A DNA stretch of 64,000 nt from Histomonas meleagridis 2922-C6/04-290x (GCA_020184695.1 JAANOX010000011.1:682001-746000); one strand, 5' to 3'; shown: positions 34,829 through 46,840, counted from the first letter of the stretch. The notes: a model not told the origin generated them from the letters alone. Made by a program: numbers and translations.

Positions 34829-37800
34829 ATGAAAAATGGGAAAACAAAACCTGAAAATGACAATGTATCAAGTGATTCCGATATGCTAAAAACAATGAAT
34901 TTGATATCAGTCTTTGAAAGTGATGGTTCTACTAAAGATTCCATTGAGAATCTTATTTCAAACTTGGAAGCAGACTCAAAATATATGATTTCTGAAATAC
35001 ACGAAATTCCTTCAAAAAAAATTAATAAGCAGGTTGAAATAGAAAATACCCAATCATTCATTCCAGACTTTAGAGATGATTCATGTATTTTATGTTTTCC
35101 ATCGAAAATTGAGTTCACACCAATTTTTCCTAATTCAATAGCATACCAGAAAATTCTAATCACTAACTCTGGAAATTCTACTGAATGGATAAAATTATCG
35201 ATACAATTTGATCCTTCATTTTCAATTCAAGAAACAAGCACTAAAGTAGAACCCTTTAGTACTAAATCTTTGCTTGTTTCTTTTTCTCCACTTGTACCAA
35301 AAACATATTTATCAGAATTAATAATTCAAGGAAAAACAGAAACATCAGTTCCAATTATAGGAGAATGCATTTCTTCGCCATTAGAGCTCTCTCCACAAAA
35401 TGATCAATGCTGGGTTTTTTATGAAGGAGTAACTTCTCAAAATACGATTTTTGTTTTTAATAAAGGATCTTCAACATTACGAATTAAAGCATCAATAGAA
35501 TCATCATGTTTTAATTTAAATCGAACTATTTTTGATATTGGTCCTTCATCTACAATTCCTATTTTAATAACATTTAATTCTACAAAAAAAGAAATTAATA
35601 AACCAAAATTTATATTAAAATGTGAAAGTACTGGAGATATTATCACACGAACGCTAAAAATCATCAAATCTAGAACAACAACAATCATTGATTTTGGGTC
35701 AATATCCGTTGGTAACATTAGCAAAAGATTTTTTGATTTCAAGAATTCGAATTTACTTAAAAATCAAATTTTCCCACCATTTTATCTTACTACAGAAAAC
35801 ACACATTCAATAATCGTATTTGAACCAACAGAAGAAAAATTATATAAAACAACACTTAAAGGAATTGATAATGACATTGAACTTTTAGGTGAATGTGTAA
35901 AACTTCCATATGAAATTAGAGGAACAACTATTATAAACATAAGTAATTTGTCGATAAAACTTTTGTTAAAAATTGATAATGATCAACATTTATTTGATAT
36001 TAAATCAAAAGAAACAATTAATATAAAAAACATTTTACAAAATCAAAAATCATTTTATATAACATTAATTCGTGATAATAAATCTGATGTGACAGATTTT
36101 TATTCTGTAACAATTGACGAAGAAGAAGAGGAAGAGGAAATGATAACAGACAATAATTTATTTAGCGATGACTTATTCGAAGAAGAAGAAGAAAATGAAT
36201 TAGAAGATATAATAAAAGTGGTTCCATCGTTTATTTTATTTAATAACGTGAAAGATAATGAACCTAATGTAAAATCTTTTGTCGTTTCAGGAGTTAATTC
36301 TTTTGAACTTCAGATTCCAAAATGTTTTTTGATTAGTGAAAATGTTGAAGTCGATTTACCTATTAACATCGAATGTGAACCATTTCAAAGTTCTGTTTTA
36401 GCACAAGAAATAGAAGTTTCTTCTCAAGAATCACTTTCTAAATATATTCCAATCATTGCATATAAATATGAAAGTGATATTTATTGTGATGAATCATTTC
36501 AACTTTGTTATTCAGATGTTAATCAATACTCAACAAAAATCGAAGTTAAAAATTATGGTAATAGAACAGCTTTTGTAGTTTTTACTGCAGAAACAAAAAA
36601 TGATTTCATTATAAATGTAAATCCAATTTCTTCTTTGGTTTATCCAAAATCTTCAGCAACATTCGAATTTGTTGTTAATTCTCATCATGAACCTGGCAAA
36701 AGAATTCCAATTGCAATGTATTTTGGTGATGAAATCTTAAGAGAAATTAAAGCTTTTTTATATCCAAATGACTTTTTTGCTAAAACATTCGAATGGATGA
36801 CTGATAGCAATGAAATTAGTTCGATTTCGAAATATTTAAATTTAATCGAAAAAAAGGAATTCAATTCAGTATTTAAAAAGTTGATCCACATAAAAAAACT
36901 TTTTCTTTGTTTTCCGATTAAATCTTCTTCAAAAAGTATTATCGTTCAACCTTCAAAATTACGGTTTTTTGGAGATGAAACAAATTTTTTAAATGTTATA
37001 AATATGTCATCAATACCAATTCCAATTTCTATTATTACGTATTCACAAAACATTAGAGTTAAACCAAATAATATAATCATTCAACCTTATTCTAAAACGG
37101 AATTAGAAGTCAAAATTTTTGGTAAAGTTACATCATCAATTGAAATTAAATCAGAAGATGAAATCATAAAAGTACCCATAAATGTGATTGACGATGATTC
37201 AAGTTTTTGTATAAAGAAAAGGAAATTGTTTAAATTGAACCAAAAAAATATTGATTTTGGAATTTGCGAAGTTGGAGGAAACAGAAAAATTAATATTATT
37301 GCAACGAATTTATGTAACAAACCAATAATATTAAGGTTTCTGCCTCTTAAAAGAAACTGGGAAATCGGCAAAAGCCCTTTTAAATATCCGATCTCGATAA
37401 AAATAAACGCAATGGAAAAAACCGAATTTAGCATTGAATTTTCGCCGTTTGTTCCATACAATTTCAATGAGACATTCAAAATTGAAACAAACGGCCAAAC
37501 CGAAACTTTACGAACAATTGGAAAATCGATTTCAAACGAAAAGAAAAAAATTGTTGGCGTTTATTCTGATAATTATGAATTCCTTCCATGTAAACTTGGG
37601 AAAACACAAAAAATGAGATTGAAAGTTTGTAACAGATCAAATAAACAATGTCATATTGTATCGACTGTCGAAGAACCATTTTTTATACCAATTTCTTCAT
37701 TTGTTATAGAGCCAAAATGTTACGTAATGTTTCCCATTCAATTTAAGCCAACTAAAGTTGGATATTTTTACGGGAAATTGAAGTTCACGTCAAATATATC

Positions 37801-37843
37801 AGAACCATTTGATGTTTTATTGCATGGAGAAGCAACACTTTAA
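34829..37843 (+). CDS. Multi ASH/PapD-like Ig-fold domain protein (SPD-2/CEP192/Hydin-like)
   Basis: Repeated IDFG.....G..(I/V).N motifs and beta-rich I.P..G.I.P-like segments across 1004 aa. Confidence 0.62.
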   Translation: MKNGKTKPENDNVSSDSDMLKTMNLISVFESDGSTKDSIENLISNLEADSKYMISEIHEIPSKKINKQVEIENTQSFIPDFRDDSCILCFPSKIEFTPIFPNSIAYQKILITNSGNSTEWIKLSIQFDPSFSIQETSTKVEPFSTKSLLVSFSPLVPKTYLSELIIQGKTETSVPIIGECISSPLELSPQNDQCWVFYEGVTSQNTIFVFNKGSSTLRIKASIESSCFNLNRTIFDIGPSSTIPILITFNSTKKEINKPKFILKCESTGDIITRTLKIIKSRTTTIIDFGSISVGNISKRFFDFKNSNLLKNQIFPPFYLTTENTHSIIVFEPTEEKLYKTTLKGIDNDIELLGECVKLPYEIRGTTIINISNLSIKLLLKIDNDQHLFDIKSKETINIKNILQNQKSFYITLIRDNKSDVTDFYSVTIDEEEEEEEMITDNNLFSDDLFEEEEENELEDIIKVVPSFILFNNVKDNEPNVKSFVVSGVNSFELQIPKCFLISENVEVDLPINIECEPFQSSVLAQEIEVSSQESLSKYIPIIAYKYESDIYCDESFQLCYSDVNQYSTKIEVKNYGNRTAFVVFTAETKNDFIINVNPISSLVYPKSSATFEFVVNSHHEPGKRIPIAMYFGDEILREIKAFLYPNDFFAKTFEWMTDSNEISSISKYLNLIEKKEFNSVFKKLIHIKKLFLCFPIKSSSKSIIVQPSKLRFFGDETNFLNVINMSSIPIPISIITYSQNIRVKPNNIIIQPYSKTELEVKIFGKVTSSIEIKSEDEIIKVPINVIDDDSSFCIKKRKLFKLNQKNIDFGICEVGGNRKINIIATNLCNKPIILRFLPLKRNWEIGKSPFKYPISIKINAMEKTEFSIEFSPFVPYNFNETFKIETNGQTETLRTIGKSISNEKKKIVGVYSDNYEFLPCKLGKTQKMRLKVCNRSNKQCHIVSTVEEPFFIPISSFVIEPKCYVMFPIQFKPTKVGYFYGKLKFTSNISEPFDVLLHGEATL

Positions 37844-37912
37844 TTATATTTAATAAAATATTTGTTAATTTTTAATACTTTGTATCCGTAAATAAACATA
37901 ATAAAATGTATT

Positions 37913-40525
37913 TCATGTTGATATTTCCTCTATTTTTTCAAGTCCTTGCGCAAGTGGATATTTTACATCATATTCAGTTATCCATTTACAGTTAAACTTT
38001 TTCAAAAATAACTCATTACAAGGAAGGCTTAAGAGATAATTTCCGAACGTAACTTTGTTAATTGGCGGATTATCCATTGAGTTGATTATTAAATAATAAT
38101 AAACTTTATCAATTTTCCTTAAAATAATTTTATCCTTAATCAAAGTTAGCATACATTTTAGTACAACATTATCAAGAATAATATCTTTTTTCATAATTTT
38201 TATCGAGCAAATTATATCAAGTGCAGCAATACAAAATATTACATTTGATTCATTTTTCTGTAAAAAGTTTAAAGTTTTATTATAAATTTCAATCAATATT
38301 TCATTAGGGAAATAATTGTTAATTTGAATCATTATCGATATTAAAACAACAACAGATAAAACTTCTTCTTCAACAGGATCTTCCATTATTATAAACTGCA
38401 TAAACAAATTATAAACAAAATTTAAAAATTCGTTTTTAATTGGCCAATTATTAAAATCATCATAATGATAAATTATAAATGTTATCATTGGTTTTAACAT
38501 TGATCCATGATATACCAAAAAAGGATTTGTCGAATCCATTAAAGTTATCTTAAAAAATTGAAAATAAATATTAAAAACTTCTAAATAATTTGGTAAATCA
38601 TATTGAATTATATTACAAATGATTTCAATTAAATCATTAAAAAGAGATTCTTCAAAGATCTCATCAATACTTAAGAAGTTAGTAATTAATGGCAAAAAGA
38701 AACAAGCATCAAAATTAACATTATATTTACATATTACAAAGTTTATGGTTCTAAATGAATTTATTAGTATATAACGATTTTGTGGAGTAACACTTACAAA
38801 GTTTTGTGAATTTTCTTGATAAATTGATTCAATAACGTTAAAAATATATCTTAAAATCAAATCTAATGACTTTGGATCATTCGATAATGATATATATAAA
38901 AATAATGATTGAATTCCATCATTATTAACACATATATTATTTTTCAATATTAATTCTATATTAGTTGATGAAGGCATTAAATAACCCGATTTTAAAATCA
39001 GTTTTGTTAATTTACAACCAAAAGTAAACATAATAACTGAATTCGGGTCATATTGATTTGTTAAGTTTACATTTAAATAATTTAATGATAGCATTGAAAG
39101 TCGAGCTTTAGTTTCATCATCAAAAAATGAAATTGATTCTCCTAATAATAACAAAATAGGGATTTCAGAATCCATATTTAATTGAGTCCCATTTATAATT
39201 GTGTTTATATAATTAATATATTCTATATTTGGGAAAATATTTTCTTTATTAAATAATGATGAAATATATGAACAAATTTGTATTAATCCTTCTGTTATAT
39301 TTGGAACAGATAAAATACATTTTATCAACATATTATAATCAAATGAAAAAAGACTATTTAATATAAATAATATACATTGCCTATTATTAGTTAAAAATCC
39401 ATTAAATTCAAATGCTAATTCATAAAAATAAAATGGATTTGTTTCTTTTTGTTGAATATCTTCTCTTGTTAAGTTAATATATTTAAGTACAATTAAATTA
39501 AAAAATATTTGAAACGTTTCGGGATTAATGAAATTATTAATATTTTTAGCTACGAATTTAAGTAAATTAAATTTGATTTCTTCATTTATCTTATCTTCAA
39601 TTTGATTTGGATCTGATTTAATTAAAATATTGATACAAATATTAAAAAATTCATTACTAAATTCTTTAAAGAATTCTTCTTTTTCTTCAACATATATATT
39701 TAAATCTGATTTAAACCATCCATGCAAATGTATATAGAAACTTATTAATTCCGAAAATAATTTAAAAATTGGAAACTTTTCTTCACAATTCGAAATCAAA
39801 CATAAATTTTGTTCATATATATGTAATAACAGAAGCGATTTCTTTATAATTTGCTGAAATTCAAAAATAAAAATCCTTATCCAAAAACGTGAAATACTCG
39901 TAAATGATTGAAAAAGAATCAAAATTAATTGAGAATAATTAGCATCAAGAAATCGCTCTTGATCAAACATTAAATTCATTAAACTAAAATATTGATATGG
40001 AAAATTTTGATCAGAATTATTCCCTCTGAAATAATAATTAATTGGAATAAACAAATAAGAAATAATGGACAAGTATTGTATGCTTTGTTGTTCTTGTTTA
40101 AATGAATTAAAAATCATTTCTTTGACTTGTTCCACAACTTGGATAGGACATGAGACAAACATTTGTGATAATAAAGTGCTAAGATCATATGCCATTTGAA
40201 TAAAATTTGGAATTTTATTTTCAAAGAATAATTTAAGAATTCGCATTGTAAAATTTTGCGCATTTGCTTGATAAATTTCTTGTGATTTAAGAAGAAAAAG
40301 TTGATTATTTTGGCACTTATGCTCAAATGTATATTTAAGTATAATTGGTGCCATTGTTAGATACTTAGAATTATTAATCCAATATTGTGGATTTTCAAGA
40401 ATTTGTATTGAATATTCAAACGTCGCACAAGAACAAAAGAAATTTTCAAGAGCAATATAGCTTTCCTCTTGAATATTTCCAGATGTAGATAAGTCCATCA
40501 TTTTAAAATATTCTTCTGGAATCAT
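37913..40525 (-). CDS. Divergent HEAT-repeat/importin-beta-like protein
   Basis: 870-aa helical ORF; the REDIQQKETNPFYFYELAF..NNRQC segment resembles importin-7/8. Confidence 0.5.
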   Translation of the reverse strand: MIPEEYFKMMDLSTSGNIQEESYIALENFFCSCATFEYSIQILENPQYWINNSKYLTMAPIILKYTFEHKCQNNQLFLLKSQEIYQANAQNFTMRILKLFFENKIPNFIQMAYDLSTLLSQMFVSCPIQVVEQVKEMIFNSFKQEQQSIQYLSIISYLFIPINYYFRGNNSDQNFPYQYFSLMNLMFDQERFLDANYSQLILILFQSFTSISRFWIRIFIFEFQQIIKKSLLLLHIYEQNLCLISNCEEKFPIFKLFSELISFYIHLHGWFKSDLNIYVEEKEEFFKEFSNEFFNICINILIKSDPNQIEDKINEEIKFNLLKFVAKNINNFINPETFQIFFNLIVLKYINLTREDIQQKETNPFYFYELAFEFNGFLTNNRQCILFILNSLFSFDYNMLIKCILSVPNITEGLIQICSYISSLFNKENIFPNIEYINYINTIINGTQLNMDSEIPILLLLGESISFFDDETKARLSMLSLNYLNVNLTNQYDPNSVIMFTFGCKLTKLILKSGYLMPSSTNIELILKNNICVNNDGIQSLFLYISLSNDPKSLDLILRYIFNVIESIYQENSQNFVSVTPQNRYILINSFRTINFVICKYNVNFDACFFLPLITNFLSIDEIFEESLFNDLIEIICNIIQYDLPNYLEVFNIYFQFFKITLMDSTNPFLVYHGSMLKPMITFIIYHYDDFNNWPIKNEFLNFVYNLFMQFIIMEDPVEEEVLSVVVLISIMIQINNYFPNEILIEIYNKTLNFLQKNESNVIFCIAALDIICSIKIMKKDIILDNVVLKCMLTLIKDKIILRKIDKVYYYLIINSMDNPPINKVTFGNYLLSLPCNELFLKKFNCKWITEYDVKYPLAQGLEKIEEIST

Positions 40526-40568
40526 TATTTTTGGAAATTTGTACGTTTATATTAAACGTTCAATTCAG

Positions 40569-41948
40569 ATGAAGATAGATGTAAATATTGAGGAACAAGT
40601 TGAAGAACTATGGAAACAAATTGGATTAAGTAATGAAGAAATTGAACAAGAATATCAAAATATCAATGAGCAAGTACGTATTTTATTTGGCGAAATTCTT
40701 CAACATTATACAGATCAATATAATTCAATTAAGAAAGAAACAGAAGAAACAGAATCAGCAATTCAATTGCACATTAAAAGATTTGATATGGATGAAATTT
40801 ATGAACAAATTGATCCATCACAAACATTACGAGCAAGACTCAAAAATGCAAAAAAACAACTAAAATCACTTCAATCAGAAACAAGTGAACAAGAAAAAGA
40901 ATTTCGAGAAAGTTATGAATCATTAGAAAAATGTTTTAATATTCTTGAAGTTAAAGATCGTGGTGAATTTTCTACTGAAGGAGATGACTTTAGTTATGAA
41001 CGAATTGATCGAATGGAATCTCTTCTAGCCGATCTCCAATCGGACATATCAGAAAGACGTCCTCAAGTTGAAGATTTAATTAAGGAAATCAATTCTTTTC
41101 AAACACGACTTGGGATTAACAAAACGCCAATTCCTGCCACATTGGGCGATTCCACAATACGATCTCTTGAGACAGAAAGAGATAATCTGGATTATCTTTG
41201 CCATACAAATGAGCAAAAAGTCAAAGATCTTCTTCATGAAATCACTCGAATTGAGTCTGTTATTCGTCGCTCACCACCTGTTTCACCTGATACCAAAAAT
41301 GTTAGTGATTCACGAATTGCATCACTTAATGAAAAACTAGAAAATCTTCAAAAAGAAAAAGACAAAATGCTTCCTGAGTTTATTGAGGCATCTAAAAAGC
41401 AACTTCTTCGTTTATGGGGCGAGTTACATATACCTGTTCCAACAGTAAGTGATTTTCCATTTATTTACACAACACAAAACAATAAAAGAACTCTAATTGC
41501 ACTCGAATCCGAAGTGAGGAGACTTGAAAACATAAAAGAAAGCTCTGCTCCAATGATTGCTTTAATTATGGAAAGAGAAGAAATATTAACCAAACAGAAG
41601 AAACTTAATGAAACTGCATCAGACCCAAATAGACTAACTTCAAGAAGAGCAAATGCTGCGTCTGCTTTAATGGAAGAAGAAAGGCTTCGGAAAAAGATAA
41701 CTGTCGATCTACCAAAAATTCATGAAAAGTTAATTCCGATGTTAATGGAATATGAAGATACTTTTGGCGAACCTTTTCTTTGGGATGGTGAGAATTTATT
41801 GGAAATTGTAAAAGAACAGCGTAAAAAAGAAGAAGCAGAATTACTAAAATCAAAAGTGAAAAATGTGAAGCAAAGAACTTCAAGCAGAACGAGAACAATG
41901 AAGCTATCACAAAGAGCACCTTTCCAACTCCAAGAATATTTGTTTTAA
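40569..41948 (+). CDS. MAP65/Ase1/PRC1 microtubule-bundling protein
   Basis: LWKQIG, LLRLWGELH, SDPNRLTSRR..LMEEERLRKKI..LPKI..LMEYEDTFGEPFLWDG. Confidence 0.85.
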   Translation: MKIDVNIEEQVEELWKQIGLSNEEIEQEYQNINEQVRILFGEILQHYTDQYNSIKKETEETESAIQLHIKRFDMDEIYEQIDPSQTLRARLKNAKKQLKSLQSETSEQEKEFRESYESLEKCFNILEVKDRGEFSTEGDDFSYERIDRMESLLADLQSDISERRPQVEDLIKEINSFQTRLGINKTPIPATLGDSTIRSLETERDNLDYLCHTNEQKVKDLLHEITRIESVIRRSPPVSPDTKNVSDSRIASLNEKLENLQKEKDKMLPEFIEASKKQLLRLWGELHIPVPTVSDFPFIYTTQNNKRTLIALESEVRRLENIKESSAPMIALIMEREEILTKQKKLNETASDPNRLTSRRANAASALMEEERLRKKITVDLPKIHEKLIPMLMEYEDTFGEPFLWDGENLLEIVKEQRKKEEAELLKSKVKNVKQRTSSRTRTMKLSQRAPFQLQEYLF

Positions 41949-42174
41949 TAAAATATAAACTGTTTTTTCCCAAATAAAAAATTGACAATTCAAAATGACG
42001 ATAGTTACTTTTCAGAAAAACTATTACTGAAATCATTATTCGAAACAGAATAATTTCTGGGGATTATGTGGTTTTTGACGATTAGAAGATTTGTTTTGAA
42101 TCGCACCACCGCAATCACGGTTTTTTCTGGGCTTCACTCAAATTTGACAATGTTCGTCTGGATAAAACCACCAA

Positions 42175-42669
42175 ATGGAATTCACTCCTGAGCAAATAGA
42201 TGAGCTCAAAAAAGTTTTTAGTGAGATCGACGTAGATCAAGATGGGGTGTTGGATGAACCCGAGCTGCGCAAGCTTTTATTAGAGTTCGAAATTGACGAA
42301 TCTTTTGCCCCGCCAATGCTCCGAATCCTAAGAAAAAATCATGAAGAAGGCGTTAGGTTTGATGACCTGATCAATTTCTTTAAGGTCTTAATGTCAGGCG
42401 ATACAAAAAAGTTCTTTAAACTTTTATTTTCTGCAATTGATGGAGATAACGATCAAAATCTAGGGTTGGAAGATATAACTTCGTTTGCAGAACTCGTTGG
42501 TGATAAGTTAACAGAAGAAGAGGTTAAAGAGATTATGACACAATGTGATTATAACGGAGATGGAAAAGTTAATTTTTCGGATTTCTGGAAGTGGTATAAA
42601 CAGCAACATGGAATATCAAGTGAAGAGGATGAATCAGAAGAAGACAATTGTCATGAACAGGCAACTTAA
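42175..42669 (+). CDS. Calmodulin-like EF-hand protein
   Basis: DVDQDGVLDEPE, DGDNDQNLGLED and DYNGDGKVNFSDF loops. Confidence 0.85.
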   Translation: MEFTPEQIDELKKVFSEIDVDQDGVLDEPELRKLLLEFEIDESFAPPMLRILRKNHEEGVRFDDLINFFKVLMSGDTKKFFKLLFSAIDGDNDQNLGLEDITSFAELVGDKLTEEEVKEIMTQCDYNGDGKVNFSDFWKWYKQQHGISSEEDESEEDNCHEQAT

Positions 42670-43041
42670 AATAAATGTTACTATTATTAATCAGTCTTTA
42701 ATCCGACAACACCATCACTTTGGAATACGCCAAGGCTGTTAGTGTATTAAGTAAGATTAGCACATACTCCAGTGTTGAAATTACTTTGGTTTTTATGAAT
42801 TCAGAAAACTATTAGAAACATAAAATGTCTGTTTCTCGAATAATAGTTATAATTTCTATTTATCATGTTATTATTAGAATTTTATATGAAAATATCAGAA
42901 TTTTAACTCATGAAGCAGTGTTCTTAGAATTCAAAGAAAACCGATTCAAAGGTGAAATGATCATTTTTGATTCAAATTTGTTTGTATTGATAGGTTTATA
43001 AAAAGTGCAAATACGCCAAACAAATTAAATTTAATAACCGC

Positions 43042-44034
43042 TCATGCCTCATCGTCTTCATCCTTTTTCTCCGCATTCTTTTCCCATGTAAATCCATTCC
43101 ACTCCCTTTTATATGGTATTGGGAAAAACCATATTGGACAGTACTTAGTTGGTCCCATTACAGCTGTTATATTTTTGCAGCATCCAAGATCATAGTAGTT
43201 ATGTTTGTCCTTCATCTTCTTGACTTTGAACTGTTGTAAAGTTGTTGTGTTACGACAAAGATATCTAACATGACGCCTAAATATAACAATTGTGAATCCT
43301 GAGAAACCCAAAACTGGCGCTGCGCAAACAATAAGACCAATAACACTAGCACGGGTTTGCCAGCTGTGCATTTTAACCATAACTGAAATGAAATCAGCAA
43401 AAAACATGATGAAATATAATAATGTCCAGATGACCATGGTGAAGAAATAACGGTAGTTTTTGAGGCCAACCCAGTTTGCAATCCATTTACATATGTGGTC
43501 TGCTTTCAGAACAAGGCGACGAGCTTGAACGCTAAGGCTGCCTCTTTCTGGTCTATCATTATGAGCTGCAAAGTCAAATTGATTCCTATCTGTAATAACT
43601 CCATCCCACTGTTGCTCTAAAGTGTATATTTGTCTTTTGTCAACTGACCAATAAAATGGTAAATATCCTGGCGATGAACAAACTGCCTCATAATAGGCAA
43701 ATAACCAAACTACATAAATAAAAGATGTGATTACAAGCATGGCAATCATAGCACCACCTGAAAAGAAATCAATAATTCCCCATAATGCAAATGCACAAGA
43801 CACCGTGATTAAAGCTGTTACAATAATAGGAAGCAATGGGTTGCATTCCCATTGGTTACAAAAATATCGTTTTATAGCTGGGAAATAAACTAGATTACAT
43901 TTTCCACAGCAACAGGAACAAACTCGATTCCACTTGCTGTATTCAGGGACCAATTGCATTTCATCCTCAATAAGGTATGTTTTACCTTGAAATTCTCGAG
44001 GATCCAATTCCTGGAGATTAATTTCATCTCCCAT
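43042..44034 (-). CDS. DHHC-type palmitoyltransferase (DHIC variant)
   Basis: SSPG, RPERGS, KADHICKWIANWVGLKNYRYF, NTTTLQQF, YYDLGCCKNITAVMG. Confidence 0.85.
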   Translation of the reverse strand: MGDEINLQELDPREFQGKTYLIEDEMQLVPEYSKWNRVCSCCCGKCNLVYFPAIKRYFCNQWECNPLLPIIVTALITVSCAFALWGIIDFFSGGAMIAMLVITSFIYVVWLFAYYEAVCSSPGYLPFYWSVDKRQIYTLEQQWDGVITDRNQFDFAAHNDRPERGSLSVQARRLVLKADHICKWIANWVGLKNYRYFFTMVIWTLLYFIMFFADFISVMVKMHSWQTRASVIGLIVCAAPVLGFSGFTIVIFRRHVRYLCRNTTTLQQFKVKKMKDKHNYYDLGCCKNITAVMGPTKYCPIWFFPIPYKREWNGFTWEKNAEKKDEDDEA

Positions 44035-44363
44035 TTGAATACTTTTTGATACTGACTATGCAAGTTTTTCACAATTTTATTTATTCAATGGAAATCGATT
44101 TAAACGAAAATAACAATTCTGTTAAAAACTATCGTATAGAGAAATATTTGTCAATCCATGTTTGATTCTTGAAATATCGTTTTTTCTGGGTAACGATAGA
44201 CCCAAGCAAAATTATGTCAACGATACACTAGGATACAATCGAAAAAGTGGCACTTTTTTTAATATCTGATGATTCAACAAAACTTATTTACAAACAATAA
44301 ATAAAAAAACATTTTTTATCTGAAATTTTTAATGAAAACGTTATTTAAATATAGTATGGTCAT

Positions 44364-46840
44364 TTAAATCAGATTCTCTCCACCAAATAACTCAAATATC
44401 ATTTTGAAATGTCAAATTACTAAAATATATATTTACCAAATAAAACAAACAAATATCTTTAGCAATAACATCAATTCCTTCTTGTTCAAGAAGTAATTTA
44501 ACGATTTCTTTATGACCTTTTTCAGATGCTAGCACAAGTGCTGTTCGAAACATATTAAACAATTTCCAAATATAATTTTGATATCCAAAATTACTAAAGT
44601 AAATTTTAAATAAAACAAATAAATATCTTTAGCATTAATATCAATTCCTTTTTGTTCAAGAAGTAATTTAACTATTTCTGTATGACCTTTTTCAGATGCT
44701 AACGAAAGTGCTGTTCGAAACATATTAAACAATTTCCAAATATTATTTTGAAATATCAAATTATTAAAATAAATTGTAAACAAAACAAACAAATATCTTT
44801 AACATTAATACCAATTCCTTCTTGTTCAAGAAGCAATTTAACGACTTCTGTTTGACCTTTTTCAGATCCTAACATAAGTGCTGTTCGAAACATATTAAAC
44901 AATTTCCAAATATAATTTTGATATCCAAAATTACTAAAGTAAATTTTAAATAAAACAAACAAATATCTTTAGCATTAATTTCAATTCCTTTTTGTTCAAG
45001 AAGTAATTTAACTATTTCTGTATGACCTTTTTCAGATGCTAACGAAAGTGCTGTTCGAAACATATTAAACAATTTCCAAATATTATTTTGAAATATCAAA
45101 TTATTAAAATAAATTGTAAACAAAACAAACAAATATCTTTAACATTAATACCAATTCCTTCTTGTTCAAGAAGCAATTTAACGACTTCTGTTTGACCTTT
45201 TTCAGATCCTAACATAAGTGCTGTTCGAAACATATTAAACAATTTCCAAATATAATTTTGATATCCAAAATTACTAAAGTAAATTTTAAATAAAACAAAT
45301 AAATATCTTTAGCATTAATATCAATTCCTTTTTGTTCAAGAAGTAATTTAACTATTTCTGTATGACCTTTTTCAGATGCTAACGAAAGTGCTGTTTCAAA
45401 TATATTAAACAATTTCCAAATATTATTTTGTAACAAAAAATTATCATTACAAATATATTGATAATTAATATTAATTCCTTCTTGTTTAAGAAAGTATTCA
45501 ACTATTTCTATACGTCCATTTTTAGATGCTACAATAAATGCTTCTTGAAATGCCTCAAAACATCAAAATATTTTAACAAATTTTATATAAATTTAATGAA
45601 TAACCACAATATTTATATCAACTCCATCTTGTTCAAGAAGTAATTTAGCGACTTCTGTATGACCTTCTTCAACTATATTATTCAATGCTAAATGTAATAA
45701 ATTTTTTTTATTATTAAAATAATTAAGATTAATAAGGTATCCAAAAAATTCTTTATTGCCACAAAAACTCGGAACTTCGCCTAAATATAAAGAAATTGAA
45801 CGAGAAGCTTTTTCTTTGAAATAGAGAAAAATAAATATATTCCCTGTTTTCATCGAATCAATGATAAGAGTTTTATTGATTTTTAAACCTTCTTTTTCTA
45901 AAAATGAAAGAATATTATAATTATCATATAAAATACATACTTCTCCTAATATACCTAACTTAATTTGTTCTAATTTTTTATCATAAATATATTTAAAGAT
46001 ATCATTTCTATGGAATTTAATTGCTGTTTCACATGCATCTTCAAATGATGAATGATTTTGTTCACATAAATGAATGATTTCTTCACTTCCTCCTGCAGCT
46101 GCATATTTACCTGTATTATTTACATTTGCTCCATTCATAAGTAAATATTTAAAACATTTAATAGAAGAATAAAATGCTGCATAATCAATTAATGTAACAT
46201 TTCCCCCATCGACTAATGAATATCTTTCATAAAGTGATGGTTTAATGCACTGATTAAAATCAAAATCATTTCGTGATGATATTTCTTGAAGTTGTTCGAT
46301 TTCATCATTTCGAATTATTTTCGAGATTTTATTTGGATTAACTCCTTCTTTCATTAATTTCTTATGAAGTTCCCAATTGTTCTTTGAAAGTTCTTCATAT
46401 TTTTCCTTAAGAGGTTCGACAAATTCCTTTACTTGTGAGTAATGAATAAAATATAAAGACCTTTTATCATGAAAAATTTTCGTATCAATTAATTGATTTT
46501 CAATCATTTTTTCGAGAAGATAATTTGATTCTTGGCTATCAATTGTAAATAGAAATTGAGTAAAAATATCAATTATATTTAGATTTTTATTTGACTTTAT
46601 TTCAAGATTTTGTAAATAATCAAAACATATTTTTTCAAAACCTTTTGAAATAAAGTATGAATAAATAATTCTGCAAATAATATGAAAAAATGAATATGAA
46701 AAATCTTCTGTGAAATAATTTAATGATAATTCAACTGATTGAATTATGTTACCTTCGTTTAAGTCAAAAATAATCTTCTCAAGTTGTTGTAGTATTTGAA
46801 GGTTTTCCTTGAATTTGGCTGATGAAGGGCTTCCTCTCAT
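44364..46840 (-). CDS. DUF3447-like/ankyrin-repeat protein with spacer-encrypted linkers; last junction degenerate
   Basis: 44455-46840 (2386 nt) minus 26x17 = 1944 nt = 648 stop-free codons. Linkers: KDE, FGE, KWGR, TDGR, KWGR, TDGR, KWGR. The terminal junction (44391-44454) has a 21-nt spacer and no following repeat. Confidence 0.78.
44465..45394 (-). repeat. Near-identical 340-nt (two-ankyrin) tandem duplication
   Basis: Alternating KWGR/TDGR junctions at 44545, 44715, 44885, 45055 and 45225 with near-identical sequence at 340-nt period. Confidence 0.93.

Noticed and set aside
34714-35163. Long N-terminal extension of ORF 33535..35163 overlapping the ASH gene antisense
   Set aside because: Paralog similarity starts near MELLLKLDK (34713); the extension is the antisense shadow of 34829+.
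44545-45304. One programmed -1 frameshift per repeat (80 nt = 2 mod 3; the track shows ORFs reading through the junction)
   Set aside because: It would insert ~27 hydrophobic residues per hairpin. Many junctions have stops in both frames (e.g. 57424-57503), and 60-63-nt junctions need no net shift.
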